Shown here: in pieces, positions 48,801-59,811 of the stretch
Layout: every line of letters begins with the position of its first letter
Numbering within the stretch: the first letter of the stretch is position 1
NCBI GenBank assembly: GCA_905178155.1
Contig: CAJINV010000003.1
Location: 10,175,979-10,239,978, forward strand
From: Amoebophrya sp. A120
Lineage: Eukaryota; Protista; Dinoflagellata
Direction of reading: 5' to 3'
Length of the DNA stretch: 64,000 nucleotides
Program-made: the position numbers and the translations under genes
The notes under the pieces: model-generated
The model's input: the letters and a program-made list of their open reading frames with translations, nothing else
What the model was told of the DNA's origin: nothing
Database searches by the model: none

Positions 48801-50643
48801 TTGTTTTGGTTTCATACATAGTAGAGACAAGCCGCCGCAGCTAGTCAGAATGAAAATGAAGAGGCCCCGGGCCCGGGCCTTGGGGAAACTCCTGCGGGAG
48901 CCTCCTAGCCCTCCGGCCGGCCGCGCCAAGCTCGTTGTGGGGGGCCGGCAGTAGAGTGCGCCCTCTGCGGCACGACCACACGCGGGGGCCCACGCCACTA
49001 GCGACGAGGACGGGTGGCGTGCAAAGCCCCAAGAAGCAGCGCCGACTGCGGCCAGCGCGCGTTCGGTCAAAAGCGACGGAGCCCGGTGGTCGGGGGTGTA
49101 TTGCCTGAGTTGGGGCGCGTTCGCTGGACAGCCTTGCGTCTGCCCTCCAGCCACAAGTGTGCCACAGCAGTCCCGCCATCGGCGTAAGTACCGTGACACA
49201 GTTGAGGGCGCCGCAGCCTCGACCATCGCGAAACTGGCGCGGCCGCGACCAATGCCGCCCGCCCGCCGCGTGCTTGGGCTCCCCCTCAAATGTTACACGG
49301 CGCTGCCTCCTGTCGGGGAAGTTTAAAAAGATAAAAAGTCACCGGCGGCATCCCGGCGCGTGCCCCCCGATAGCCGCAAAGACACGCACCGCAGCGGGAA
49401 GGGCCTTCCTAGCGGCTTGGGAGCCCGCTGGCACCGCCCCAGTCCGGGCACAGGGCCTCTGATGTGCCGTCTTTCTTGGAGCCCGGTTGAGACGGCAACC
49501 CGGCCTCCCAGGCGCGTCGCTACGGCGGGCACGGTAGTTCCCCGGGTTGGCATTTCCCCAGGGCCGGCATTGCAAAAACCTGGGGAACCGCTTACATTCG
49601 GCCACGCCCCAAGGCCAAGAACGAGGGGGGGCGCGCGCCAAGTGCGCGAAATCAGAAGCCCGGCGCCCCGGAAACGGGCCCCCTTGGCTGCCGACGACCC
49701 GTGGCCGGAGGACGCAGGCACATCCATGCGGGACGACCCTACGCCCCGCGGGACATTGCGCAGAGCAGCCTGCTCCTAGCATGTGCGCCCTTCTCTGGGC
49801 AGGCGCCCTGAATGCCGGACGCCCGCGGCCCCCCGGGCGTACAGCACCGCAACCGTGGCGTGAGCGCTTATGCTCCGCACTAACGAGCCAGCCAAGAAAA
49901 AACGGCGCGCGAAGGGGCCCAGTGGTGCTCCGCCAGCACACGGCTGACAATGGGTCTGAGCCGTGAGACCGTGAGAAGGAGGGTTGACGGGTATAGTGGC
50001 ACACCCCCACCCAACGGAGAGATCCAATGGGCGACTGGGAGTAGGGGAGGAGCACACAAGCGGCGACTCAGCCACGGATCCGGCGACCCCGCATCCCAGC
50101 ACCGCAATAGGATCTTGCAACCTTCCGCCCTTGTGCGTTCGTTGTTGTCACCTCGGGCACCGAACCCAGTAGGGCATAATAGTGCTGATATATAGAACTA
50201 CTTAATTGATTTTGATTACGCATACAATATGCACTGTGTGCCGCATCTGCGAAGATTATGTGTAGGAAAACGACCTCTGCCTTTGGTTGGTCAACATCAA
50301 ATCTGCTTCTCTGACAAATCAACCACAGGACAAGGACGGCAGGCCTGTGCGCGCTGTTTTGGTGCGAAACCCTTGGGGTACAGTGAATTGGACCGGCAGA
50401 TGGGGAAGCATTTTCGGAAATGTCACTTCCGCTGAGCTGCGCAGTGCCGGTATCCAGCGAGAGAACACAGAGGACGGGCTTTTTTACTTAGATTTTGACG
50501 CCCACTTTCTGAAGATTTGGACCGCCGTCATGGTTTGTACGGTGAGCATGCCAGTTCGGCGGCGCGGCGTGGGGGGGTCGCTTCTGACCAGGTTTATGGG
50601 CGGCGGCGACGCGTCCGCTGCGTCAGCTGTTCCTCCCTTATGA
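36836..50643 (+). CDS. Calpain-like (CysPc, peptidase C2) protein, about 942 aa, 16 exons: 36836-37198, 38265-38327, 40286-40321, 40574-40790, 41588-41633, 41902-42050, 42406-42564, 42859-43089, 43453-43469, 43868-43955, 44596-44760, 45558-45602, 46265-46333, 46637-46701, 47446-48246, 50329-50643
   Basis: The joined exons form one open frame with WVDPVFPP, EWDRV, LFAVIEPNDVARGALGNCWL, GQYGLRLY, VLVDDLVP, EIWCPLLEKAFAK, GYSYNVL and VRNPWG. Exons 4-9 are less certain. Confidence 0.85.
37199..38259. mobile_element. Introner-like TIR element, non-canonical intron 1 of the calpain gene
   Basis: TSD CGAAC/CGAAT. TIR TATCCTAGGTAAAAACGTCCCCACC versus reverse complement CATCCTCAGTAAATACATCCCCACC. Removal gives AKQAAAN/HPDCYGIT. 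Confidence 0.85.
38328..40280. mobile_element. Introner-like TIR element (1953 bp) containing internal tandem repeats
   Basis: Perfect 13-bp TIR TATGAGAGTGCAC, TSD GCGCG/GCCCG. The flanking Gs create GT...AG. Confidence 0.9.
41180..41293. repeat. 16-bp intronic minisatellite GGTAGTTCTCGGTGTG
   Basis: Five to six tandem units. Confidence 0.9.
42051..42400. mobile_element. Eroded introner-like element
   Basis: TAT...ATA ends, weak TIR, TSD TGCCA/CGCGA (3 of 5). Removal gives in-frame GPAYA/TQSRRELPRLL. Confidence 0.5.
43090..43447. mobile_element. Introner-like element, right terminal TA lost
   Basis: TSD GCGGC/GCGGA. TCAGGTTG..AGCGCC pairs with GGTGCT..CGATTTGA using G-U pairs. Removal gives KETVR/RTLTNL. 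Confidence 0.55.
43470..43867. other. Candidate non-canonical intron bounded by the 7-bp direct repeat CAATCTT
   Basis: CAATCTT at 43463 and 43861. Removal gives TLTNL/PNPDLFAMY in frame. No phase-compatible GT-AG was found. Confidence 0.5.
44761..45552. mobile_element. Introner-like TIR element
   Basis: Perfect TSD CAAGC. TATTCTGCAGAAAA versus reverse complement TATCCTACAGAAAA. Removal gives GVTLK/QKLGNVNIEW. Confidence 0.85.
45603..46259. mobile_element. Introner-like TIR element, same TIR family as 38328-40280
   Basis: Left end TATGAGAGTGCACAA, right end reverse complement TATAAGAGTCAACAA, TSD CAACC/CTACC. Removal gives RVCN/LQKAQKMRLF. Confidence 0.85.
46334..46631. mobile_element. Introner-like element splitting the calpain catalytic Cys motif
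   Basis: Perfect TSD ACTGG, TATC...GATA ends. Removal gives RGAL/GNCWLHGALAALAEFP. Confidence 0.9.
46703..47444. mobile_element. TIR-bounded intron of the G|TA...TA|G type (GT-AG intron 46702-47445)
   Basis: TATCCTGCGGA versus reverse complement TATCGTGCGGA. TSD not recognisable. Confidence 0.7.
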
Positions 50644-52281
50644 AAGTGCAATCCTCCCCTCCGGCTCTTCTGGATGAAGGGAGGACCGACAATAGAAAAG
50701 GCGGCAGAAGCGTAACGTCAAACTTAACCTAAACCTTTTGCGTGACAAATCCGCGTCTGCATCCTAGTGTTGCGTGGGGTGCTACAGCTTGTCATGGACG
50801 GAGTCAGGCAAGGCCTCGAGATGCGTTTTTTAATGACGGCCCCCAGCAACTCCGGCTCAAGCAACAGTAGCACAGTCTGTTGAGCATGACAAATAAGGAG
50901 GGAGCGTATGCACTTTGATAGGTTGCAATCGAATGGTCGGCCACGCCGGTCGCGGACGAGGAGAGTGAAAAACCTGCTTCGCCGCCGAAGAAACGCTCCG
51001 GCTGCTGTGGCCGCGGCTGACTGGGATGTGTCGTGTAAGAACTCGTGTCACAGGATCGATTAATAATGTTTGTTGTTGTTCTGTTGTTTTTGATTTTGTC
51101 CGTGGTTACGATTTTTTTAGTTTTATTGTATCTTAGTTTTTTGCTTTTCTTCTTCTTGGTCAACATGCATTTACATTAGTACTAATCTTTTATCTTTACG
51201 ACGTCGACAAGACCAGCCCAGTGGTCTGTGACGAAACAACAACAACACGAGGACGGGCATATGTATCTGTGTTGCCAGACTAATCCGCAGTAAGTTCCGA
51301 CTTGATAGCGCTGTTGTGTTGCCAGACCCCGCATCCATAACCATCACTCATTATCTAGCACGTTTTTTTACAAGATATTCAGATTATATCTATAAGGATA
51401 TACTAGGCACGTATGCGTGTGAAACCAAATTCAATTACTCCGCTAGATCGAAAAACAAAAAAAAGAGCCAGAAAAGGAGTTCAAAAATAAAAAACAAAAA
51501 GCCAGGCTCTGAAGCAGCTCCGTCCCGTTTGCGGTTGCGGTGGTAAGTAGATCTTGACTGCCATTGCGGTTGCAAGCAGTTTTTGCGGTTGTAAAGCGAG
51601 TGCGCGGCTGTGCTAACAGCCGTGGGTAGTTGTTGTGGCTGGAGTGGTTTTTGCGTCACTTTTCTCCATGAGCATGCCGCGGCTTTCAACATTCTTCGTG
51701 CCAAATTGTGGGTTGGTCTCCACAGGCAAGAAGAGCCCCGCGCTTTTCCACTCGATACAGGCATTCAGTGCCGAAATCGTTTTGCTTAGGCTCGACGTTT
51801 GCTTCCCGTCAGCTCTTCAAGATTTTGAAAGCCTGGGGCGTCGCTGCTTTTTCCTTCCAGCGCCGAGCACACTTTTTTCAGCCAGCTTTGACGACCTTGC
51901 CTGCTATTTTTGTTGCTTGTGGAATTCAAAAGGTTTCCAAGTTCTCCTGTTGGCCCTCACCTTCAAGCTTTGCCTTGCGTAAAGGTAATTTACAACCATA
52001 GCGGGGGTCTAGTCATCGGCTTCGGAACTTTTTGAAAACTTTTGAAAACAGAGAAAAAAGATGACGCGAAACCACCGAGGGCCGGCGCTCTTTTTTTGGC
52101 GCCGTGCCGTCGTGTTTCGTGGTCATATATGCTGACCGATAAAAGGCGGGCGCGCTGCCGTCGGTCCCACGTGAATCGTGAGCGGAATCCCCTCAGCAAG
52201 CTTGTAACTCATTACGCATCTGAGCGAATTGCTAACGCTGGGCCAGGCGGTGTCAAATTGAATTCAAAACGAATTCAAAAT

Positions 52282-53591
52282 GAATTCAAAAAGTGAGCAC
52301 TTTTGAAATGAGCCACAATCCGCGACGCCCTGGACTCTCAGCGGTTGCTGCCCCGGCAGCTTTTGGCGACCTGGCAGCGCCGCTGCCTGCTGGCTCATTG
52401 GCTCGGGGTACTACGGGCTCAACCCGAAGGGCTGCTCCGCGCCGTGCTAGCGGTGTTGCTGAATGATGACCGAGGGCCAGAGCGATGCGCTGTGATTCAC
52501 TTTCCGGCATACGCCCGCATCGCCTGCGAAAGGCGACGGCGCTCTGTCGTGGCTTAAAATTTCGCGCCACTATTGTGTAGCGCCTGTCTGACACGGGTGG
52601 CGGTCTAGTCATTCCCGCGGCCGGCGCTATTATTGGCTTTGGCACTTCAGGCAGGAACGCTACAACTGGCCCGCACGGGCGCAGAAGGGGGCTGCGCTTG
52701 TTTGCGGCGCTAATTTGGGATCGGCGCAGCAATTCTAAAGTTCATCGGGGAGTGGATCTCAATTTCAAACTCCATCCGATCGACCCGCCCCAATTCAAAC
52801 TCCATCCGGACGACCGGCCCCAATTCAAAACCCATCCGGGCGATCGGCCCCAATTCAAACTCCATCGGGCTCATCGGGGCAAATTCAAAACTCATCCGAA
52901 TTCTGTCGGAATTCCGTCCGAATTTTGTCCCCTACTTGGCTTCTTGATTCGGACGGATTCTGACAGAATTCGGATGGATTTTGAATTGGTGGGGGATGGG
53001 ATTTTGTGGTCCGGGCCACCAGAGTTGTGCCTCCAGTCGACTTCACCTACCGAGACCAGCCTGGGCGATCTTGGGTGGCTGACCGCATTGGGAATCGCGG
53101 CCGGGGATGGCCTCGCCCCTGGCGGCATTTTGTCCACTAGCGTCACATGCAATACGCACAGGCTGACTTGCTTGAGCACTCGCCGGGCCAAGCCGCGACC
53201 CCGACACCGAGGCCAGCCATGCTCCTAACCGCATGCGCCGGCCCCCGACGGTTCCCGGCATTTTTCCGTGGCTGGGCAGGGTCTTCTCTTATTACACCGG
53301 CAGCACCCCCCTGACGCCGAGCCGGGTTTCAAGGTTCGCAAGTTAAGGCATGATAACAAACTTCGGCCGCCGGTCGAACCAAAGCGCGTTCGCCCCATTT
53401 CCCGGAAGTTCCTTCGCGTGATTGGATCCAGTTGCCGACTCGCGCCTGGTCCGCTGGACCAAGCACAGGGCGCAGCGTTCATGTGAAAGCGGTTACAGGC
53501 CGTTTGCCATGGCTGTCGCGCGCCACATTTGTTTCGCCCGATTCGCCCCCTCGGAGGGGCGTCTTTTTGAAAATGCCAACTTTTTGAATTC
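52282..53591. mobile_element. Nested inverted-repeat-bounded segment with a 30-bp tandem array (CAATTCAAACTCCATCCGG..., about 52760-52900)
   Basis: GAATTCAAAAAGTGAGCACTTTT versus reverse complement GAATTCAAAAAGTTGGCATTTT. True termini not resolved. Confidence 0.55.
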
Positions 53592-54129
53592 AGTTTGAAT
53601 CACGATTACACTCCGAGCGGTCTAGAGTTAACGAATTGCCGCGCTGTTTCGTGATAGGTTTTGACCCCGGAGCCGAGGCGGGCTGTTGTTGTTTCGTTTT
53701 ACATGCGACGCATAGCGTTGTGGGTAGCCTTTTCCACCACGGCGCGGCTTGAGGTAAAAAGCGCGAGACTTCAACTTTCGTTGAAGCCCTTAGGCAAAAC
53801 AGGACGCGCGCGACGATTTTCAGCTGTGTTGTTTTTGGAGTTTCCCGCTATTCGTGAAAAACAAGGACCGAGGCTATGGCGCCGCTTTTCTGACCTTTAT
53901 TTTTTTGATCACGGCCTGAAGTTGGGAAGCAAGACTGCTCAAAAACTTTTAAAAGGCTTTGGCTTGGACTTGGGGCACCGAAACGGACGGACGGAATTAG
54001 GTGGTGACTGGCGGAGCCTCTTACCTCAACCCTCGATAGACAGGCGTGGGCTTACATCTTTGCACGACCTGGCACACGACTAGGAGGAGGCAGTGTGGGC
54101 GCCTCTCTGACGTGGAAACACGTCTTTAC

Positions 54130-55052
54130 CCTTAGCCCTGTGCTATATACCAGTCGCTACAAGGATGATCTGTAAAAACAACAACTGCCGACGCATCTAT
54201 GTATGTAAAAACCCTAAGCCCATGCGTAGTGCAAGAACATATGTAGAGCATGCCTGAGTCCCGCGCTGCAGTGTTGTTGATCTTGAGATTTAAGCTGGTG
54301 ACAAGAGCTAGGGTATGCAACTATTTTTTTTTTTCCGTGGCGTCTGTGGTTTTTTAACTTTTAGATCTTAGTCGTACGACCTTGCTTCGGATACGCATCG
54401 CAAAAAAATATATCTATTACCCCTGCGAGTCAACATCTGCAGCCGCCGGGTCATACATGTTTACTCTAGTGCCACGGGTCTCCATTTTATGCCGTGGTCT
54501 TTCGTCGCCACATACAAATAAGTTGTTATCTACAGGGGGCGATATGGGAGATCTTGGGCATTTTCTAAGCCTGCTAAGGCCTACCTACACACCCGGTCGA
54601 GCCTAGCCTCTGTGTGTGTTAGTTAGGATGATCGTGGGCGCCTGTGAACAGGCTATAGACCAAGCCTGCTTTCTAAGTGGTTCAGACACACAGAGGCGCG
54701 TATCTACGTACTTCCTGCCTGCTGCGGTAGCAGCAGGCGCGACTTCGTCCAAAGCGGGTTTACATGGCTGAGCATCAGCAGCCCCCGCGAGTGTCCTCTT
54801 CCCGTTTCGGCATGAGGAAGGGCAGCACGTGGCCGAAGCCTCGCACTGCCCTTTCTCGATCTGTTGTTATTTTGATTTTTGGATGAAGCATCGCTTGGCA
54901 GGATGAAACGCGCATAGAGAAATGAGACCTACTCTAAGACCATGAGCCCGCGCTTGGATATTGGTCGCGATGCAAAAAGCTACAGCCCACCGCGCGACAA
55001 ATAGTCCCGCCAGGTGTACGAGCCCAGGACCCCAGTGCCGAGCAAGTGGAGA
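54130..55052 (-). repeat. Inverted homologue of 11730-12650
   Basis: See the 11730-12650 entry. Confidence 0.85.
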
Positions 55053-58000
55053 CTGCGCCGCAAAATATCTCGAGAACTCCACACAACTGCCGCGAGTAGC
55101 CCAATGGCAGGCGGTCACTCTCCCACCGGAACCCGCAATGAATGACCTTGATCGCTGCCTCAGAAATATCACAAACATCTAGAAAAAATAAGTCCCTGAT
55201 CATTCCTCCCCCGCCGCGGTCCCCGCGCGCTTGTTCAGCATCGCCGGCCGTTGCCGCCCCTTGCCGCACTCTGCACGGCCTGTCGTTTGCTCGTATAGTC
55301 GTGACTTATCACGGGATCACAATAGCGCAGGGGCAGTACATATAGCAGTCTGTGCTGCGCACTTCAGACATGCTGTCGCGCCTATTTCACGAACAGGCTG
55401 GCGCCGATGGTGCTACCAGGTGTATCAGTTGTGCGCGCGCTCCAGTCGGGTTACACTCGCAGCCAGCCGTGCCCGGGACTGGGGCTGTGTCTGCTCTTTC
55501 GAGGAAGCCACGTCGCGGCCTCGGCGCCGGAGGAGATGTTTGCGCGGTGCCGTCAGTTGTTGTCGCCGTGGGGACGGGGACCTTTATAATGTGCTCCGGT
55601 TTGCCGTTGCCAGGGTGCACCTTGGCGCCGCGCCTCGTCTGACTTGATCGCTCCCATCGGTCTGTAAGCTGTTTCGGTCGCCTGGTGGGTTCCCCGGCAT
55701 GCGGCTCTTCGGCTTGTTTCGTCGTTTCCTCGTTTTGTTGGTTGCGGCCCGTACTTGGTCGTGCTGAGGCATCGGGCAAAAGAGGCAGAAAAACCGCGCG
55801 CCTTCCGCCGTTTTCTCGTTCTGTTGTTGCATCCGGGTCGGCGTTGCTAGGTCGTGAGCAGGCGTCCTATGTAACCCGCGACAAAGATCCAGAGAAATGC
55901 GCTGTAGCATCGGCGTCCTGAACGTTCTTTATTGCATCTGTGCACGGGACAAAATCAGCGCCAGCATGTGCACGTGAGAAAATCAAGCATGCCACTCATG
56001 AAATAAACAAAAGCAAAAGAATAGGCGTCGCGCATGACCCCAGTGAACACTTACCGCGTGGCGTCCTGAGTGTTCTTTGTGGTATTTGCAGTTGTATTAT
56101 CAGAGCTCTCTGTGCATGAGCAAACCGGAGAAACTCAAGCAGAATCCGTGCGAAACAGTACCGGACTCAAGCAGAACCCGCTGCGGGAGCTTCCAGAAGG
56201 AAGACCAAAGCAAAACGCTATCGGGCTCGTTTCGGGCTCGTGAAAGAAGGACAGTAATAAAAAGACTGCATTTGTTGGCCTCCGCCATACCGCCTAGCCA
56301 AAATGAGCATTGTGCCGGCGCCGAGTCTATGTGTGCGGTTAGTGTTTTTCGCTATTTTCGCCAATGTCTTTGCTTTTGCGATGAAGGGGGTCCGCTGAGT
56401 CAGCCTGTTGGGTTTTTTGATATTTGGCCTCTCTTTTTGATACTACGAACAGGGAGCAAATCTCTTTGGCCTTTTGCCTTGACCACGAAGCCCGCCGATG
56501 TTGCAAGCGGAGCCATCAAGCTCGGCGCTGCTTCAACCTTCTCAGATGCGGGCGCTTTTCACTGTGGCGGAGTGTGGAAGCTGAGCTCCCACGAAAAGCG
56601 CGGGACCCCATCGGACACACAGGAGAACCGCGACGGCATGCCGGGGCTCGATCTCGTATTGGCCGTGCCGTCACTGGCCACCCACCTCAGCCAGCCAGCC
56701 CCAGGCAAATTCGGGCCAATAAAATCAGCGCAGAAAAGCACTAATAAAAAAGCTGCGCCGGGCGTCGTCTCGTTGGTTTTGCGCATTGCGTGGCCAGGGG
56801 CTGGCTTTTTCGGAATTCCCGAAGAGCGTCGCGGGTTGTCCGCCAGGGGGAAATTCTGCCCGGGGGCCCGGGTCTTTTGGCGCCTGGCCCGCGGATGTTG
56901 CGTTTGGGTTCTGTGCCCACCGCGAGGGCGCAGCCCTGCCATGCGCCTTGCCGGAATTCCCCGGCTTCGTTCCCGCCGGGGACGGGTTTTGTCGGGTTGC
57001 TTCTCGGGTGGCGCTTTCGTGGTTGTGTTTCTCGGCCCGGGGGCTTGGTTTTGCCGTGGCCCTTCCCCCGGCCGGGGGTTTCAGGGGGTAGGGCGTCGCC
57101 CGCCGGGACCTGGGGAGCTGGTCCCGGCCCAGCGTGTGGCCTTTGGGTGGAAGCGGCGCTCTTGCGGGCCAACAGGGGACGAGGGTTTTTGCAGAGAGGG
57201 CGGCAGGACTTGCGACCGTTTTCGTATGATCCTTCCCGCGGCCTGGCCTCTGCAGTAATTTTTGCGATGATCTGCGCAATAAAATTTGCATGAATTGGAA
57301 AAGGATGCGGCTTCTTTTGACACATGTTCGGCGCTTTTTGACACATGGTCGGCCGGATCGGCCGTAGTCTCCTCGGGGGTCGAGAAATAAAAAAAAAACG
57401 TTGCCGGCTCTTTTTGACACATGGTGACGGATTTGGGTGCGGACTGCGAAACCAAATCGAATGCGCGGACTGTCTGCCTGCGCTTCTTGGGCCCGTTCTA
57501 TTGCGAAACACTTCGCAGGAAGACGAACTACATCAAGACCGACGCCGGGTAGGGGCATGGACACTGAGCGAGGCCGACGAGTTACCGACGCCAATGCCAA
57601 AGGACAAGAGAGCGAAACTTCGAACACGAAGCGGGAAAGTGCGCGGAGGAAACGAATGAGGGGACCTCGGGGAAAGCTATTGCCCAGCCCCTCGCGGCAA
57701 TGTATGCGAGCCCCGAGATGCGAGCGCCCCCAGTCGGACGGCGCCCGCCCCAACATCTTCGCCCCCAGATGCGCCTGCGCCGCTGTGCCGCGCTCGAGAT
57801 GTCAAAACAGGCCAGAAGGGCAGCATCCATGCGTCCTGCCGCTCCCCGCGCTTGCTGCCCAGGGAGGCCACCACAGAGTGGCCCGCCTGCTCATCGAGAA
57901 AGGCCCGCTGAGCCGGCGAAAGGCTCCGGGCGCCTTGCGTTCGTTGCTGGTAGATGGAGCCATGCCGCAAGCCCCCGGCGCCGGAGACCTGCGCCGTCGC

Positions 58001-58348
58001 CAACTCGCACAGCGGTCACCTTTGAAAGCGAAACGCCGCAACTTTCGTACCCCTAGAGAGGAAGAAGAAGAAGAACAAGAAGGAACAGCGACGAAATAAA
58101 GGAACTGCAGAACGATGAAGATGAAACGAGTGGCGCGCTTTGCATCGGCATAAAGAAAAAAGCAAGAAGAAAAAGTGGAAACCGGAACAAGAGCAGAGCC
58201 GAATCGCGGCGGTGTGGTGTTTCCATGTGTCAAAGCGAGCCAGTTAAGTCTGAAAAAAAGCCGAGCCCATTTAAAAACATGGGGAGTCCTTTGGGAAATC
58301 GCACCCCAAAAAAATTATGGCAAATTTTACTGCAAAGCCAACCCACAA

Positions 58349-59811
58349 TATCGAAGAAAAAAAGTGTTACTGTTACACATTGCAAGAAATAAGCCGAGTA
58401 CTTTCATACGTTCAGTAAGAATTTTTTTGGCACGCAGGTCGGCGAAAACTTCGTTTCTGATGAATGACGCAGACATGACGAATGCAGCCAGCCATCGGCC
58501 CCCTCAGTTACGTCCTACACTAGCTAGCTGAGGGCGCGCCTATTTTGGCGCTCCGCTCCAAATGGCTGGCCCGGAATGCGGTTCGCTGGCCTTTTGTTTC
58601 CTGGCCCCATCCCGTGACAACATGAAGCAGAGAATACAGATGGAAGGGGACTCGGTCACAAGGGTGGCAAACCGCCTCCGGGTGAACATTGGCAGGGTTT
58701 TGGTAGCCCTGTAGCACGAGTGTTTCGCTATCAAGCATGCGCGGCTTGACTTGTAGGCGAGATATTTTCTCAGACACCCACGGAAGAGCCTGCGCCCGCA
58801 GGATCCCTGAAATTCAATCACGGACGTGGGGGCAGCTTCTTTTGCGTGGTGTGCAAACTTGACGCAGAGCCTCTAGCTGAAGGCTCGCGCTTTCGCGTGT
58901 TTGCTTTCAGTCGAGGCGTTACACATTTGGAAAAAAAGCGGCAATCTCTTGCGCAAAATCACCCACATTTTGACCCTCCCTTGAGGGCTGGCCAATGTTA
59001 CACATTTTGGTGCGTAACGCAGCAGTTTTTTTGCGAACCCCCGTGGCACTCTGCGATTTACTGTGTTACACATTTCAAACAGTATCAAGATTCCGCTCGA
59101 GGAGAAAAGTCTCGAAGTTGGATTCCGCCCGGTGAAAAAAGTGTTACATATCGAAAAAAAAGTGATGCAGTTGCTATTTTTTCTGGCCTTGCTTTGACCC
59201 CTCAAAAAAATGCAGTGTGTATCACTTTTTTTTTGCAATCCGGGTGGAAAGTTGGCTTTCGGGACAGGGTGTCGATTTCGCCAGGAAAGGGCAAACTACG
59301 TAGAGCCATCATGGCCACGATGGGAAGGAAAAGGCTGGCACTGCAAAAGCGCCCGCTCGTCGCGTCAAATGCCAGCAAGCGCTGTTCTGCAATTTTCGCT
59401 CCCGCGCGTGTCGCCGTTGCACAAGTCAGGCTGGAGGCGTCAAAAACGGTCGCTGCGGTTCGTCAGGTTTGCGACTAAGTGAAACAGCAGGCATTGTCCC
59501 TCGCAAGGTCGAAAGCATCGCTGTGACCTTGGCCCGCTCTATTGTTTCGCTGAGACATTCTGCCGCCGCCCGGTCTATCAGTCACTGGAGTTCTCAATCA
59601 GGTCCGCGACATGTAGCAGCTTGCCTTCTTAGCTATTCCAGTGAACTGAAGCAGCCGCAGCTACGTGGAGGCCTTCTCTTTGCCTGACACGAAAATGAAA
59701 ACGCAATAGGCGTGACAGGTAGCCGCGGCTCGAAAAAAGTTCTAGCCTGCCCTTGAAAAAATACGCTATTTTCGATGCCGTGTGTAACTGTAACACTTTT
59801 TTCCTTCGATA
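58349..59811. mobile_element. TA...TA TIR element with a perfect 5-bp TSD, outside any recognised gene
   Basis: TIR TATCGAAG(A/G)AAAAAAGTGTTAC(T/A)GTTACACA (29 of 31 match), TSD CACAA at 58344-58348 and 59812-59816, internal repeats of GTTACA(C/T)A. Confidence 0.9.
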
